A DNA stretch of 64,000 nt, taken from the NCBI GenBank assembly GCA_036172245.1, contig JAYWIR010000058.1, positions 124,001 through 188,000 of the forward strand, written 5' to 3'. Positions 38,901-53,049 of the stretch are shown one piece after another. The translations under genes and the position numbers were made by a program. The first letter of the stretch is position 1, and each line of letters opens with the position of its first letter. This DNA comes from Raillietiella orientalis (Eukaryota). The notes beneath the pieces are model-generated. The model did no database searches. It was not told the DNA's origin and was given only the letters and a program-made list of their open reading frames with translations.

Positions 38901-39860
38901 CAATCTGGGACCCTGCAAGCTGAGGGGTACGAACTCATCAAGGAAAGCGCCGGTTACACTGCGGCCTTATCAGAATCCAGCATCAAGCTAAGTTGAGGAA
39001 CGAAAAGAGAAAGCACAGGGCCTGCGTGTGGACGCGAGACGAAGCAGGAATACACACGATTCGATGGATACACGCAACAACGCATTTTACGTTGGGAGCA
39101 TGAGGCGCCGCTCAAAAATTTCAATGGACTCCATTGCATGGCTGGAAAAACATTGCCATTCTCTTGCAAGAGATGGCCCAAAATTCCGCAGCTCGCTGGT
39201 AATCTCAGAGTAATCTCTATCGATAGCAGTTTCGATTTCCAGTAACGTCATTGTAAAGTCTGACCCTCATAGTCACGGGTCCAGGCGTTCGTTTTCCAAG
39301 AATAGAAAAGCATCTCGATGCACTTGACAACAAAGACTTTCAGCATCGTATCCTCTAAAATCTACTGACGTTAGTTTACAGCTTCGAAAATTAGAAAACG
39401 GGGAGGGCGAACGGGAGAACGAACACGGTCATTCCCGACTTGGCATGATTTCAACATCAAGAAATTGGCACTTCCGTGAATGGAGAATCAAAACAAAATT
39501 CCGTTGAATCATTTATTGCCTCCTGGTCCTTCGGAATTTCACGGCTTTATCTGATATTGTAGATGTTCTGAATAACAACAACATATGACTGCAGATGGAA
39601 GCTCTCGGAGGAATGGGAGGATTTCTTTCTTATTGCGAAGCAATGACAGATTTACAATTTTCTTGCTCTGACTGTGACAGATTTTGCTGTCCCTTGAATC
39701 TTCCGGATGTTTTTTTTATATATATATTTTGCATAGTAACGTACTTTTAAGCGGTAAGGTTTTCCGAAAGCTTTCTGAAAACGTTTACTTATCTGGTTAT
39801 CAACGCAAACTAGCGCAGTAATGCGGGGATGGCAGAGAGCTCATAATGCGCAAAATGCCT

Positions 39861-39923
39861 TTCGATTAGGTTCCCAGAAGTACCCAGGATTAACCCAGAT
39901 TTTACAGTAGAAAGCCACAGGAT
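39861..39923 (-). pseudogene. Decayed minus-strand copy of the same 28S segment as 3149-3255
   Basis: ttcgattag...tacccag...gattttacagtagaaagccacagga follows the reverse complement of the LSU core TTCGATTAG TCTTTCGCCCCTA TACCCAG ... GATTTGCACGTCAGAATCGCTACGGA with near-matching spacing. Confidence 0.5.
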
Positions 39924-41531
39924 TCTTAAAACCACACATACTCACTTCCAAAATCAGTAAAATGTTTTGAATTTCTCATGCTTGCACAGAAAGAAATGTC
40001 TGACTCCCACTGGAAACATCCTGTCCCCCCCTTCAAACTTAGTCTTTACACTGAGGACGGATTCTTTACGACTGACGACGTTTATTCTTGATTTTTTTTT
40101 GAAGGCGAACAATCTCTGGGGACCACTTGTCTATCGTTAAATCGTATTTATTTTTTTCTTCAGATCTATATACTTTTTTTGGTCTCGGAAAGTGTTCCTA
40201 ACGCCTGGATGCCTGGATTTCTAAAGTACAATCCTCTCACTTGTGAGACTAGGTCAGATGATTCATTTGTTCATTGCATAGGAGAGAACATGCACAAATT
40301 CATGATGGGAATTTTATTATAGAAAGTATGACATAGAATGCACAATGTGTCCGTGTGTATGGTGTGTGTGTGTGTTTATAGATGTACACATTAAATACTG
40401 GAGTTTATGGTTATGAAAATCATTTTTCTAACGATCCTTTTCTGACTTCCACAACTTGCACTTTTGTGTTTTAAGAAGCCTCTGTTTGTTAGTGATCAAA
40501 AATCATGGTTTCCTTCGTTCTTTGCCGAACCTTTCCAACGTTCCGAGAATACTTCGAAAGCATCACCTGAAGAATTTTTCGAGCCAACCACAAGAAACAA
40601 AGCGTGTCAGGTGCTCAAAGGGAAAGGTGACCAGGAGAAACGCTGTAGTTGCCCCAAAGGTTTGGATGCTAGATGTTACTTTATGAATGCTTTCTGTCAT
40701 GCCCACAGAAAAAGATGTTTGCAATTTTCTTCTGTAGTATTGATGGCTGTTCCTTTCCGAATGATTTTTTTTTTTTTATCACATCCAGTGAATTGATTTG
40801 CAAAAGAATGACGAATGGAATCACCATAGAGACTGCATGCAGGTGTTTGGGGCTTAAAAACACCTGGATGCAATTAAGATGCAAGTATGACTTTTTTTTT
40901 GCAACAGCTTTATGATGGCGAGCAGAAAAGTGACCACAAAATTGCGTTTTTCATTTACTAGCTTGCGAAAGCACAGGACGGAGCAGCGGAAGTTCCCAAA
41001 TAGATACAGCCGCACTCGGCCAGGGACAAAGAACACCGCATAAGAACAATTGGGCAAAGAGATTGGGACACGGTGTTCTCAACCATCTGTATGGTCACTG
41101 TCATACTAGGGCAGTTACTGTGTGAAGATTCATGAAGATGCCTGAGCACTTAATCTCTTCATTGTATTGTCTAAGAGGATTTCTCTTGAATTATCGTTGA
41201 CGCTTTCTTGCTCTGCATCTCTTCTGATGAAAACCAGTTAAATGTCGCTTGCATATAATCCTACTTTCCACTTGACTTGTCTTCAATAATAAAGATATAC
41301 AAGAAGTTTTCCTGCGTGGCCCAAGTGAAGCAACGTGTTACTTCCTGGTACTCGCACTTTCCTTTCAAAAACTGTAGTTGAGATTTCTGTGTCACGCAGG
41401 AGTGCCAGACGATAGATCGACTCGAGCTTCAAGACGATTGCTGTTTCAGCCGCCCGAGTTCTCACCACCACGAGATTGCTACTACCATCTCGTTAATTAA
41501 TTTTTTTCGCGTAACGGTGAATTCTGAAATT

Positions 41532-41561
41532 AGTTCGAATTTTCTCGTGAAAATTCGAACT
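41532..41561. repeat. Perfect inverted repeat, 13-bp arms with 4-nt loop
   Basis: agttcgaattttc-tcgt-gaaaattcgaact. Confidence 0.9.
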
Positions 41562-44500
41562 CTGTTTATCTTGCGATTTCACGAAAATTGAGCTCAATCC
41601 AAGGAATGTCAACGTGAGAAAAAATCGGAAACCACTATCCCAATGGATTTCGACCCAGCTTTGATACACCAAGTGCTCAAGGTCACCTTTGCTGTTAGAC
41701 TTCCTGCTCTGTTATTCGTTTTGTTGCCAGTTTAGCCACCACTGTCGCCAGTTCTGCAAACAAATTTTGAAACCAGAAAACGTAATAGACACAGACCACG
41801 CTGGCAAAAGATACGGATTTACGCGCTCTGTTGTGGGATGTTATGGAGTTGCCTTGAAGGCAAGGTAGGGTTTCCATTCATTAAATAAACTGAAATTCTT
41901 CCAGCATTCGGATTAAGGGAAAACATCTAACACGATCATCGTGCGAGCAATTGAAAGACCACCGAAAAAGCAGAGCAGTTTTCATAGAAGCGCTTTACTT
42001 GGACACAGATCTTCAGAAAAGGTTCAACCACTTCACAAAACAGTGCAAGAAGATGTGAGAACCTTTGTGATTGCACTACCATAGCGAGATGCAAAATAGT
42101 TCTTCAACACCAGCATCCATGACCATAGAAAAATTTCTTGAATCGACTCCAAAACCACCTTCCTTCAAAAGACCGTTTCTCTGGATCTCCCTTTTTTTGC
42201 TTGTGCTCGGATTGAGCAAAAGTGATGACTGTTTCAGGGACAATATTCCAAACAAAAAATAGATTAGGAAACCATGAGTACTTGTTTGTCATTCCATTGG
42301 AGGCCCATGAATACGTCAATAGATAAGCGAACAAATGGAAATCTTCCAGTGTATCTGAGTTTCGGGATCGTTATGGAAATTAATCTCTTAAGAAATTTTG
42401 TTATCAAGAAATTCCTAGGAGGTAGGTTTTAAACACAAAAACTTTTTCGCTATGAAACTTAAATTGTAACTGATTATGATTCTTTTCTGTTTGGATCTTC
42501 ACGATTCAGAAGACTTTTTAAAACTGTAGTATTGCCATTTCAACATCATTTCATTTAAGAATGCACTTTGTTCTTTGGGGAGATTTACCTCGAAGGAGAA
42601 ATCGATTCCTTTACCAAAGGATCTGTGTAAATCAAGCAATCAAACTCCTCCTTCGATTAACGAACTCTAGAAAACTTTCCACAGCATAGGGGAAAAAAAT
42701 GTATACGCTTCTAGTTGCATTTACTTGTATGATTGATTTTCCACTCACTCACTGACAGAGATGCAAAGCAATTAAATCAAAACGAGGAGCAGAACCAAAG
42801 TTCCTGGTTGCATCCCAGCTTGGAAAAGTATTGGTGAGAATTTCCTAAGGAAACTCGAAGCTACACATTTTGCCGGATGCCTATTATCTGTGCTACTGTA
42901 TAAGGAACTGTTGACCTTTAGAATGTACAACACGATACTTATGTAATATTTGAGGAATGCAACCAGCCTCGAGTTCGATCCACAAAACGCCGTCGTGACC
43001 TTTCAGATAATTTAGGCATAGAATCACGGTCACCGGGAGAGAAAAACATCCTTTTGTCAGAACTGAATGGGAAAGTGTTGAAAAGTTATGTACAGATCCA
43101 CAGATCACACGTAGCACCTTGTTGATTTGTACAATGATCGTTTGTTGGTTTTCTCTGAGAAGATCTCGTTAGCAGGAAGCTCACTCATAGTAGATATATC
43201 GATACATAAATGGCTTAGAAAGGAGCACCAAAGCGAGTTGAGATGCACAGTGTAGCTGTTATTGTTCAGCATTCATTGCTCTTATTCTTCACAGCATAAT
43301 GACTGCTTGTTCTGTGCTGATTTTAAAAAAGCATCCACTCTTATTCTGCGGGAGACCGGAAAACAAAATCCAGTTTTCCAAAGAAACCATATCCTCAAGT
43401 GGACGCTGCTCCATACCACTGAGCCAAGTTCTCTGGAGAAAGAATACAAAACGGCCTTGAGTTGTTGCACAACAGAATGAGATTCCTTTCAACTTAAGCA
43501 AGTAACGGATGGCCAAAACTCAGTTATTTGGATTTTTTAAATTAAATTCTTACATGCTTTTATAATGTTTTGTTCGTAGACCTTTCTGCGACTCTTTGGC
43601 CCGTTCTTCCGTCTTTGTGAGCGTGAGCGGCGTTCTTTCGGAAAGTTTTGGTATCATTCCACCATACATCATGTTTGACTTGATGGTCGATGTTTTCCAT
43701 TATTCTGACTATTCAGAATGAATTTGCGTAATGACAGATTCCTCTTTTGTCAAGCCAGTCTCTTATCTACATATGTGTTCTGCTGTCCTTGCATAGCAAC
43801 ACACATTCGGGAACAATGAACGCTGAAATCATCCAGCGTGGTGGCAACGGAGCATACTTTTTGTTCTTGTATTCTCGTAGCTACTGCCACGAGAGTACAA
43901 AACGGACGACTGACGACATCCAATCGACTCATGATCCCGATTTCTTGCAGAAAAAGGGAATTCGGAATTCTTCTTGCACATCCACGTTCACCAGTTTTGA
44001 AGTTATGGACGAACACTTGAAGACTAGTTTTAGTAACGAAACAACAAATAATTAGAATAAATTCTCCATTTCTACAGTCAGAGGTGTCTGACAAGAATCG
44101 CCACCAATCCGTCCTTTTTCGTTTACCCATGATGATTTTATAATAAACACATACATCTTTTAATTGTTTTACTCCACAAGATCTCCATACATGGATCGAT
44201 TGACATCTTTAATTTAAAGCCAGTCTTAACTATCACAACTTAGATCCAGGATTGATGTACTTTCGCGCCAAACGGAAAATTTTACTCGAAAAATTTCATC
44301 TTTCCTTAAGGTAAATGTGAGGGGAGGGGGGCAATGTGCGCCCTTCACTAATTTAACTGAGACGCTGCAATACGTCTTGACTCTGACCATGCATGCTGAA
44401 CACAAGATGAAATTTCAAAAGAGAATTCATATAGATTTTTATAACAGAGTCAGTTTGTCACCGGACCTTTTTTCCGACTAAGAGCACATCCGTTAGCCAA

Positions 44501-45799
44501 TTGCGTACTGATTTTTAGTGAGTTTTCCCGCAGGGAACGTGGATGATAACCAAACATAAACTGTAACCGAATTCTGGTCTCAGCCACGTTGCACAGGAAG
44601 AACATCCCGATACGTCGTTGTTGGTGCTGCAATGTGGAATTTTATTCTTAGCCAATGACCTCTCGAGTTCTCAGGAACACGAACAAGAACGGTAGCTCAG
44701 GAACAATTGGTGCACGTCATTGTTATAAGCTTGGAGATTGCTCCTCGACCCTCCTCCATTTGTAACAACGCTGTAGCAGTCGCGTGAACATGGATGCAAA
44801 CGACCATCCGGTAACACCAGCTCTGTAGCGGAAGAAGGGCGAACGGTCGCCATCCCGGAAGAACAATCCAGAGGAACAGAAAGCGACCCCTGCATCCTCC
44901 GTGGATGGGAGCATGCAGATCATCGGTTGCCTCTCTTCGAGGTCACCATTTATACCCCTCGTGGCAACGCATGGTGGCAGCAGTGACCGCAGCAGCAGGG
45001 GCGCGCAGGACAAGAGGCGCTGGCGGAGTCGGTGGTCAGCAGCCTGGCGACACGGTAATATCCGGGAGACAAGATCTCTGGACAACGTAATCAGTGACCC
45101 CTGATGCACGACGAAGGGAAGCAATAATAAATTCAAAGAGCCGCCGCAGGCGAATCGAAAAGATGGAAGGAGAAACCCTCACGTGCGCGCACCGAGGAGG
45201 AGAACGGGGAGGGGGAGGGGCTTGAAAATGGGGGGACGAACGGGAGACCGGAGCCACCAGCGGACGGAGGAAATTAAGTCGGAGGTTTAGGAGGATGGGA
45301 ACGGACGCGTTGCTGGCAGAAAAGAAAGCAGATCGGGCACTGAACTTGATGACGTGAGATCACATAAATTATTCACGTTCTTTCCCAAATTAGTAAAGCT
45401 CTTCCAGTGTAGAAGAGCTTGTCGACTTTGCTACAGGGGAAGCAAAGGGGAGAAATGCGAAGCAATCCCTAGGCAAAGAAGGCGCTTTGGTAAAAGGAAA
45501 AGAGCTTTCTTTTCCTTTTTTTTTTCCCCCCCCCAACTCTAAAAAGAAATCTTCAGGAAGAGTGGAAGCCGACGGAGGTGTTGGAAAGTCAGAGAGAAAA
45601 AGAAACAAAAGTAAACCGATGGTTGCATAGGCAATTCCCTGATGTGCAACAAATGGAAAGTGTGATTCACTTCCGCGGTGCATGCATTCCTACTCTGAGA
45701 GGATTCCGTTATTCCTATCCTCCGAATCTGCGAACAAAGAGACCTTTTCCGTTCTGGCTCCCAATCTACACTGCTGAAGGCAAGGCCTGGAAGACACTT

Positions 45800-47050
45800 G
45801 GGCATCCGTGCTTCCCACAGCAGCGATGACTTTCGCGTAGTCCCTTAAAGAGTCCCAGATGGGATTAGAGGTGCTTCCAAGCAACAAAAGTGTCGAATTC
45901 TCTAGAACACGGAGCTCTCTTTGTCCCCGATGCAGGTGCCTGAAACCTGGGATTTGACTGAGTTGCATACGGATATCAAGGATAGGGGTGAAGTCAGTCA
46001 TTAAACAGAATGAGAATGTTCTTCTGGACTCGTCCCTGGTGCTCCTTCGACGTCGCCGCCCCTGTTTGTCTTCAGCACTTCTTAACCAGATGTACCATCA
46101 GCTGTCTTACTTCCTTTCGCTCTTGTCTGATTTAGGTTCTTCTCTAGATGGATGGTTTCGTTGCGACTTCTCCAGGTTTTACTGGAAGAGCTTCCTCCAC
46201 ACCATCAGAAGAAGGTGTCTTCACCACAGATATTCGGGAGTTCCATCGCTCGATTCCAGACTCGCGTACAAGGTGGTCCGGAAGGCTCAATGACGGCTCC
46301 CTTGGAGACAGCAGCATAAGCGTAACGGGGCTGTAGCAGTGAGAGCATTGGTGACGTTGTGGAGCTGAGGCGAATTCGTGCTGAGAGCATTTTCAGAATT
46401 GAAAGCAATGCGGCAGGATCTCTTGAGAAGCAAATCGCCACTGATGAAGTCAGGTCGATGACGACACCTTGCTGCTTGTGTCTAATCGGGTTGCACAGTG
46501 AACGGAGAACTTTATTATGACACAGAAAGATGTCATCCCAATTATCCCTCGTTAGAGACCTGTGTTGATGGTACTCGTAAAAGTTACCCGCAGCTAGGGT
46601 TCCGATTGATTTCAGTGTTGTGTGCCTCTCGACTGAAAACAGGAATAGCAACAAATACTTTTTTTGTTGCAAGCTCCAGTTATCGTCGCCATTGCTTTCG
46701 ATCTTATCTGGAGGTGGTGCTTCAGAATGCAAAACAATCTTTGCGTCGAAGTGTCGAGTAAAGTTGCGTGCCCCCCACCTCAAAAGAGAGAAAGCAGTTT
46801 GGCTCGAAAGTGCTGCATTAAACAGCTCGAAAAAGGTTGCATACTTGCATAGAACCCCCTATTATACAGGTTTGTTCTATTGATGCATCAGCTGCAGTTG
46901 GATTAGTTCGATTTGGACTGACCGCTCGAAATAGAAGAGGAATATCTTGCAGTTCTGTCGCTCCTGAGTAACCAAGGAGTCCTTCTTGCTAGCTCTGATT
47001 GGCTTCGATCAGTGACCGATGTCGGTGCCTCTCGAATTCTCTTGACTTCC
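45800..47050 (-). mobile_element. Possible old LINE APE-endonuclease relic
   Basis: Minus-strand fragments DSLVTQE (cf. D.hhLQE), LLRWGARNF (cf. hhGGDFN) and DDIFLC (cf. RID.IF), followed by IWDSLR. Very degenerate. Confidence 0.33.
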
Positions 47051-50000
47051 TTCAAGTCCTGTCAACAACAGGCTTATTAAGAGGTCCTATCAAGAACGCG
47101 GTGGCTTCACCTGATACTCTGGTTCTTGTTTGTTAACGTCGATTTTGCTGATTCCGGCTTGGCTGCTGGCTTACCGTAAGCGATTTTGCGGTTGTTGGTT
47201 TCCCATTGGTTATTTCAAGTGGTAGCAAACCCTTCCGAAGTTCCAGTTTGGAACCTTTGCGCAGCTCTGATGATCCACAAAAATTTGGTTTCTCTTTCGT
47301 TCACTCTTGACATGAGTCCAAAGTCAAGAATCATTTTGTTCCCCTTCCTTGGAAGTATCCACGTAACGTGCAGTATCTGCGTTGTGAATAATACGAAAAC
47401 GTGCTTTCGGAGGAGGTCTTCTACTGAGGCTTCTGCCATTAGAGTGGAATCAATCAGTAATTTGTATCTGCGACATATGACGTGCTTCTTAAATTAATTT
47501 CCCCCTTTTTTCGGTTCTGGAGAAGGAACGACTTGGCTCCACTCTCAGGTGGAATGGCTTCCAGCCTCGCGTCTGATGTTAGCTCTTAAAAGGAAGCGGT
47601 TCGATTCCTGACAATGAGAGAAAATTTGCGTTTCACTGATTTGGTTGTTGCGGTCCCTACTCGATTGCTGGATGCTCTGTGAGAACACGGAAAAGAGATC
47701 CGCAGGGATGAAATGGCAATTTAATAAACCACCGAGGGCAAAATATAGGGTGGATGGAAATCGTTTACTGATTGAAAAACTTTCATTTCTTCTTTCCTTT
47801 GATGTGTTCGTCAATTCATTAAAAAAAAATTCTTTTATTGATGCGATGTTTCCCCCCCCCTTTGGAGGGGGAGGGGGTCTACATCACGCCAGTAACGATT
47901 ACGACATTAGAAATGCTCAAACATGACAAAAGCAGATGATTATATAGTTATAATGCACCAATATTCCGGATTATTCATCGTTTCCTGAAGCGAGTTCCGG
48001 AACATGAATCAGTGCTACTGCTACACACAAACTATCAGATTCTCTCTCTCTCTCCATCTCTTAGAGCTGTTTATTCTCTGTCTCGACTTGAAGCCGAGCG
48101 GAAAGCCCATTCTTCTGTTTGCCTTTCACTATGAATTTTTTCTTTTGTTCCCGTTAATTAGCGAATCGTTTCAAAGATTTTTCTTCGTAAGTTCTGCCGT
48201 GTGAAGGGTTATGAAGATCACAGATGCAAGTACCTCCCATAAATGGACTTCGTTACGAAGCCAATGTAAGTAGCAGATTGGCTCTTTTATTCTTTTCGCT
48301 AATAGCAAAGACTCTCATACACCTATGAAGGTAGTGTGCATTTTCCCTACGGTTTTCCGTGTCAAGCTTTCCTATCTATGGAGGAAAAAGATCTTTTCTT
48401 AAGAAGGCCTTTCCTTAGTAGAAAAAAAACACAACGTTCCATCAACTGGGAAGAGTGCTGCACCATATTTTAGAACGTGAATTTTAAAACATGCGTTAAT
48501 AAGGATTCAAAGTGACTCCATTGGGAAAAAACAAACGCAGACTGTGAGAATTCAGAGCAAATATTATGAGAAAAATAGAAATCAGTGCTGTATCAATTTT
48601 GTAGATATTTCTTTCTAATACAAAGGGATCATGTAAGGTATTTTTCATCATTAATAATGACTAACTTACAAGGCTGGTGATTTTTATATCTTTATAGCAA
48701 AGGAAGGAAAAAATGCACGCAAGTGGTAACTCAAATGAGTGTCCTGAAACAACAAACTTTCACAGATACGTTAGAATAACATAATCAATGATTTACCACT
48801 TTCTTAAGGAATGAAGAGATTGCTCTTCTTTCCTTAAGTCCTATCTTCAATGTTCCATGGGAACGGCTCCTATAAAACTTCAGCTTGTGCATATCGATAC
48901 CAAGTAATTGTATAATTTATTTGCAACCAATCAAAAACAAATTCCTTTCACATGTTTTCCTGTGCTAAGGAAATCATCATGCAGTGCTGTTCAACTAGAG
49001 CCACTCACTTACATCTCCCTGAAATATCCTCCGCGACTAGGATTAAATAAACTATCTTGTATTTCAGCTATTAAGCAAATACTTGCGACTGCAACTAACA
49101 AGGTGCAGTACACATCCATTAAAAAAAAAATATATATCAAATATTTTTCCTTAATTATATCAAGAACATTTAAGACATTTGGTGGAACTATTCGCAAGAA
49201 ATATATTATTATATACAATCCGAAACGCAGGTAAAATTGTTTTGAGCACATTTAACACGTTTTATTATTTTCAGATGATCAAAATAAAAGACGTGGAACA
49301 CTTTAAATCAACCCGTACTCTCATTATGATAATCAGTCATAGTAAAGCTCATAAAGTTATACCAAACTTAATTAGCTTATGCAATTTTCTATTCCTATTT
49401 TAGCTCAAGAATGTCAAATTCCATACTTGCCATTCCTGGTACAGCTACGAATATCAATTTTTGTCATTCTGTATTTCACTTGCACAAAAATCGAACTTGG
49501 GAAACTCCATTATTCTTCGTAATACTTATTTGCTTTTCTCTATTTACCTCAATAGCATTCACCACCAATTTCGATATCACAGTACTAACAAAAGTTCTCT
49601 GCTTCAACATAATGTCAAATTTTCTTGCGCTTGCGTAGATAATCAACTTTTTGGCGAGATCGAAATTTCCTGAATCTATCTGCTTGATAGTGTAGGGATC
49701 TTCATGAACGGCAGGAAAGCAATTTTTCGAGAAACTATTTTATTTGGATATTCTGTCTTAATTAAATACAACTGATGTGTTATTTTCTTGGAGAAGTTTT
49801 CATTTGTTGAAGACTTTCTTCACAACACGATTTTCAAAATGAAGCAAATGGCATATTTTTCATCAGCCATTACACGCCATTTGCAGTCAAGTGTTTCATA
49901 TTCCTTTCATATTCTTTCTCACAAATTGACGAAAGTACTTCAAGAGTGACGCTTTTGAAATGTGTTAATGTGCTTACAGAGTTATTTGAAACTACTGGAA

Positions 50001-53000
50001 ACTGTAAAAAATCAAATATGTAGGGGTAACCGTGCTTTTTGGACAACCGCTACAGCTGCGTAATTATTACGTATTGGAGAGCGTACTTACGGCTGCAGAG
50101 CACAAGGGAAATGGAAACCTGAAACAATTCCAGTTTGTGAAATCCGTCCTCTGAAATTTTAGTAATTAGCATGAAAATCAGATTAGTTAGGATTGATGCT
50201 CTTAATGCTGAAATATCTCTAATTTTTGGAAATTTCAAAAAGCATAGCATTCCACATTTTTTTTTTTTTTTTGGAATGTGTGTCGTACTATTTTATGCGA
50301 TATTCACTGTATGCAAATTGTATATGCAATGGGAACCGTTATTTGGGCTTAATAGGATTAAATGAGGATTTTATCTATCATATGGTTGCATAGTCTAAAT
50401 ATACACAAATTTCTCACATTGTATAAAAGCATGTTTGTAAAAATTTTCGTGTAGGCTAATTGTAATTTATCTTTGCACAGGCTTTCAGTATTGTTAATTT
50501 CTTGTTCGTAAATTCGTTCATCCATTCCATTCAGGTTAATTACGTTTGATGTCGCATAAAATAGGGAGCTCGAATTCCTATTAAAAAATGCATTAAAATA
50601 TACTCATGAATTCGTGTTTGTTTGTTTGCTTGTTAATTGTCGCACTGTTGTTGCATCTTCTAATACGATATTACATCATGCTAAAAATTTCAGTATTTCC
50701 TTCTTTCGAAGACCGCTGTCAGGTTCAGTCTTCGGTTTTCATTTCATTAGATTCTTATCAAATGTTTTTACATATCGATCTGGTTTCGATGCATAGAAGC
50801 AGCCTTTTTTTTGCTCCTTTTCTATTTTTACATTAAGAAGACCAAAGAGACATCCACATTGCTTACAAGCTTGAAACAAGTTTGGAGCAGCACACGCGAC
50901 GTGCTGATTAAAAATTTCTTGAGAAAACTAGATCCATCCACGAAATGGAAATCTACATTACGAAATGCGCCAAGAGCTTCACTAGCTGTTGCTTCCCTCT
51001 TTTTCTACAATCATTCCAAAATCTTCGAGCCAGGTTAATAGAATCGGCAAAGTATTTCGCGTGCACAAGACCAGATTTTCAATATTGCTGCAATCAAAAT
51101 AGAGCAGTGCCATGTGGTTACGGAGAACCTGAAGGCACTCAAGATTTGCCTCCGTTCGGAGATTACCACCACATTCACCTCGAGCTCCATAGCTTTCTCA
51201 TGGGATGCAGGATATCTTCAAGAACCTACTCACGTTCTCTGAACTCATGCTTTGGTGGAAAAGAACACGAAGGCGCGGATGCATTTTTGTTGCTAAAGAA
51301 CGAGTGAAGGACGTGGCAAAGATCACAGGGAAGTAATGAACTTCGTTCTACCCCAGCTGCAAGGCGGCTACTGTCTGCAAAAGAGCACACTAAAATCATC
51401 CTTTCCAAAAGATAGCGCACAAACGAAGCTAGCAAATAGCCTCCTGAAGATGACCTAGCTACCTCGTTCGGAAAGTTGGAGGAGGAAGGAAGGAAAATGG
51501 AAAGCGTGCAAGGGCACGGAGAACAAAACAGAACAAAGAATGGCGACATAGAAAGCAGAAAGAAGCGGAAAACGGGAAAGCCTTGTTTTTTTTTTTTTTT
51601 GCAGGAATGAGCACTGGGGAAGCAGCCTGGAGAATCAACGATAGGAACACGTGCCAAGAGAGCTCAAGATTAGGCCTCTGAGCCGGCGATGGAGTGCTCA
51701 GAGCTTACGTAAATTTCTGGTGAATGGAAGGAACTAGTGCTTAAAATACTCATATCGAATGATGAAATGAAGCAGATGGTTGAAATAATGAGATCATGGA
51801 ACGGTGGGTTGCTAGTGCCGCCGCAGTTAATTTCCTGCTGCGTACTTTTTCTACGTAGCAAGAGCGGATGCGGAGGAAAAACATGACTGAAATGGAAAAC
51901 AAGAATAAAAACAAGAGGAACGATAATCATTGACAACAAGTCTGAAGTGGATATGAAGAAAAATTCAGTTTCTACTGTTGCAGTGTTTCAACGTTTGGAA
52001 CGGACAAAAGTCGTTTGCTGGGTTGCGCAGTACGTATTGGGAACATTAGACGTCGCGAGCACGGTAAAGGAACCAAGCAATCACATCATCACTTTTAAAA
52101 ATTTGGACGCTTCTCTCGATATGAAGCTTCATAACAAATTCCATTCTTCTTCACAAGAGGATTTGTGTTAAGCAGCCAGAAGATAATCAATGAGCGGATA
52201 AATACATCTCTTCCGCTTGTTTATGCAGTAGATAACGGAATGAGGTTTCTGCCATTGGTCAGCAACCGGGAACACATGGTGAAATCAATGATTTAGTGCC
52301 AGAGACATCCCTTGCTTATGAAAGATAAATTTACTTGGCACTTGTTCTTGTTTTGACATTCAAGGAAACATTGTTCCCTAAACGAATGCTGCAGTAGGCG
52401 GCTCTGCGTGCCAGTCACTTGAAACAAAATCAATTTAACCATAACGAAACTCTGCAGCGTCTCATGAGTGGACGGACGATGCTCCTATCACTCTTTCGAA
52501 TAACTTTAACATGGATTACCGGAAGAGAGAAAACAACATTGTTTGTCTGGAGCCATCTTGTTTTGTTTCCTCTTAACAATCTTGGGTCTATTCTTCCTCT
52601 CATCTCTCTCCTCCTCTGGTTCCCAAAATTCCATGCACGATTCTCCAGTCCTCAACCCAGAGGCATCACCCTCTGCATCGAAACTACCCCTGCGTTTGTG
52701 CACAAGATCTCACGATTTTTCCGAAAAGCTTCTCTTTAAAGGATGGGCGAACCTCAAGAATGCCCCCTTCTTCTTGGGTACAACAGTCGAGTTCTTGCAC
52801 AAGCATGCTGTGAGTGGGTATTTAAAACGATTGTTTAGCGCTTCACCAGTACGACAGGCGACGGAATTCACTCATCTCAAGAAATACACAGAATACATGT
52901 AAGAACACAGACATGTGAGTCTCACTTTAGCTCCTCGTGCCACAGGTCAAGAAACGCTATTCCCGTTTGGCACAGATTCAAAGGAAAGGAGTATAGGGGG

Positions 53001-53049
53001 TACACGATTTCAAGAGTTCCGCTTAGTCGTCCAATAAGGCCTTTGCTTA

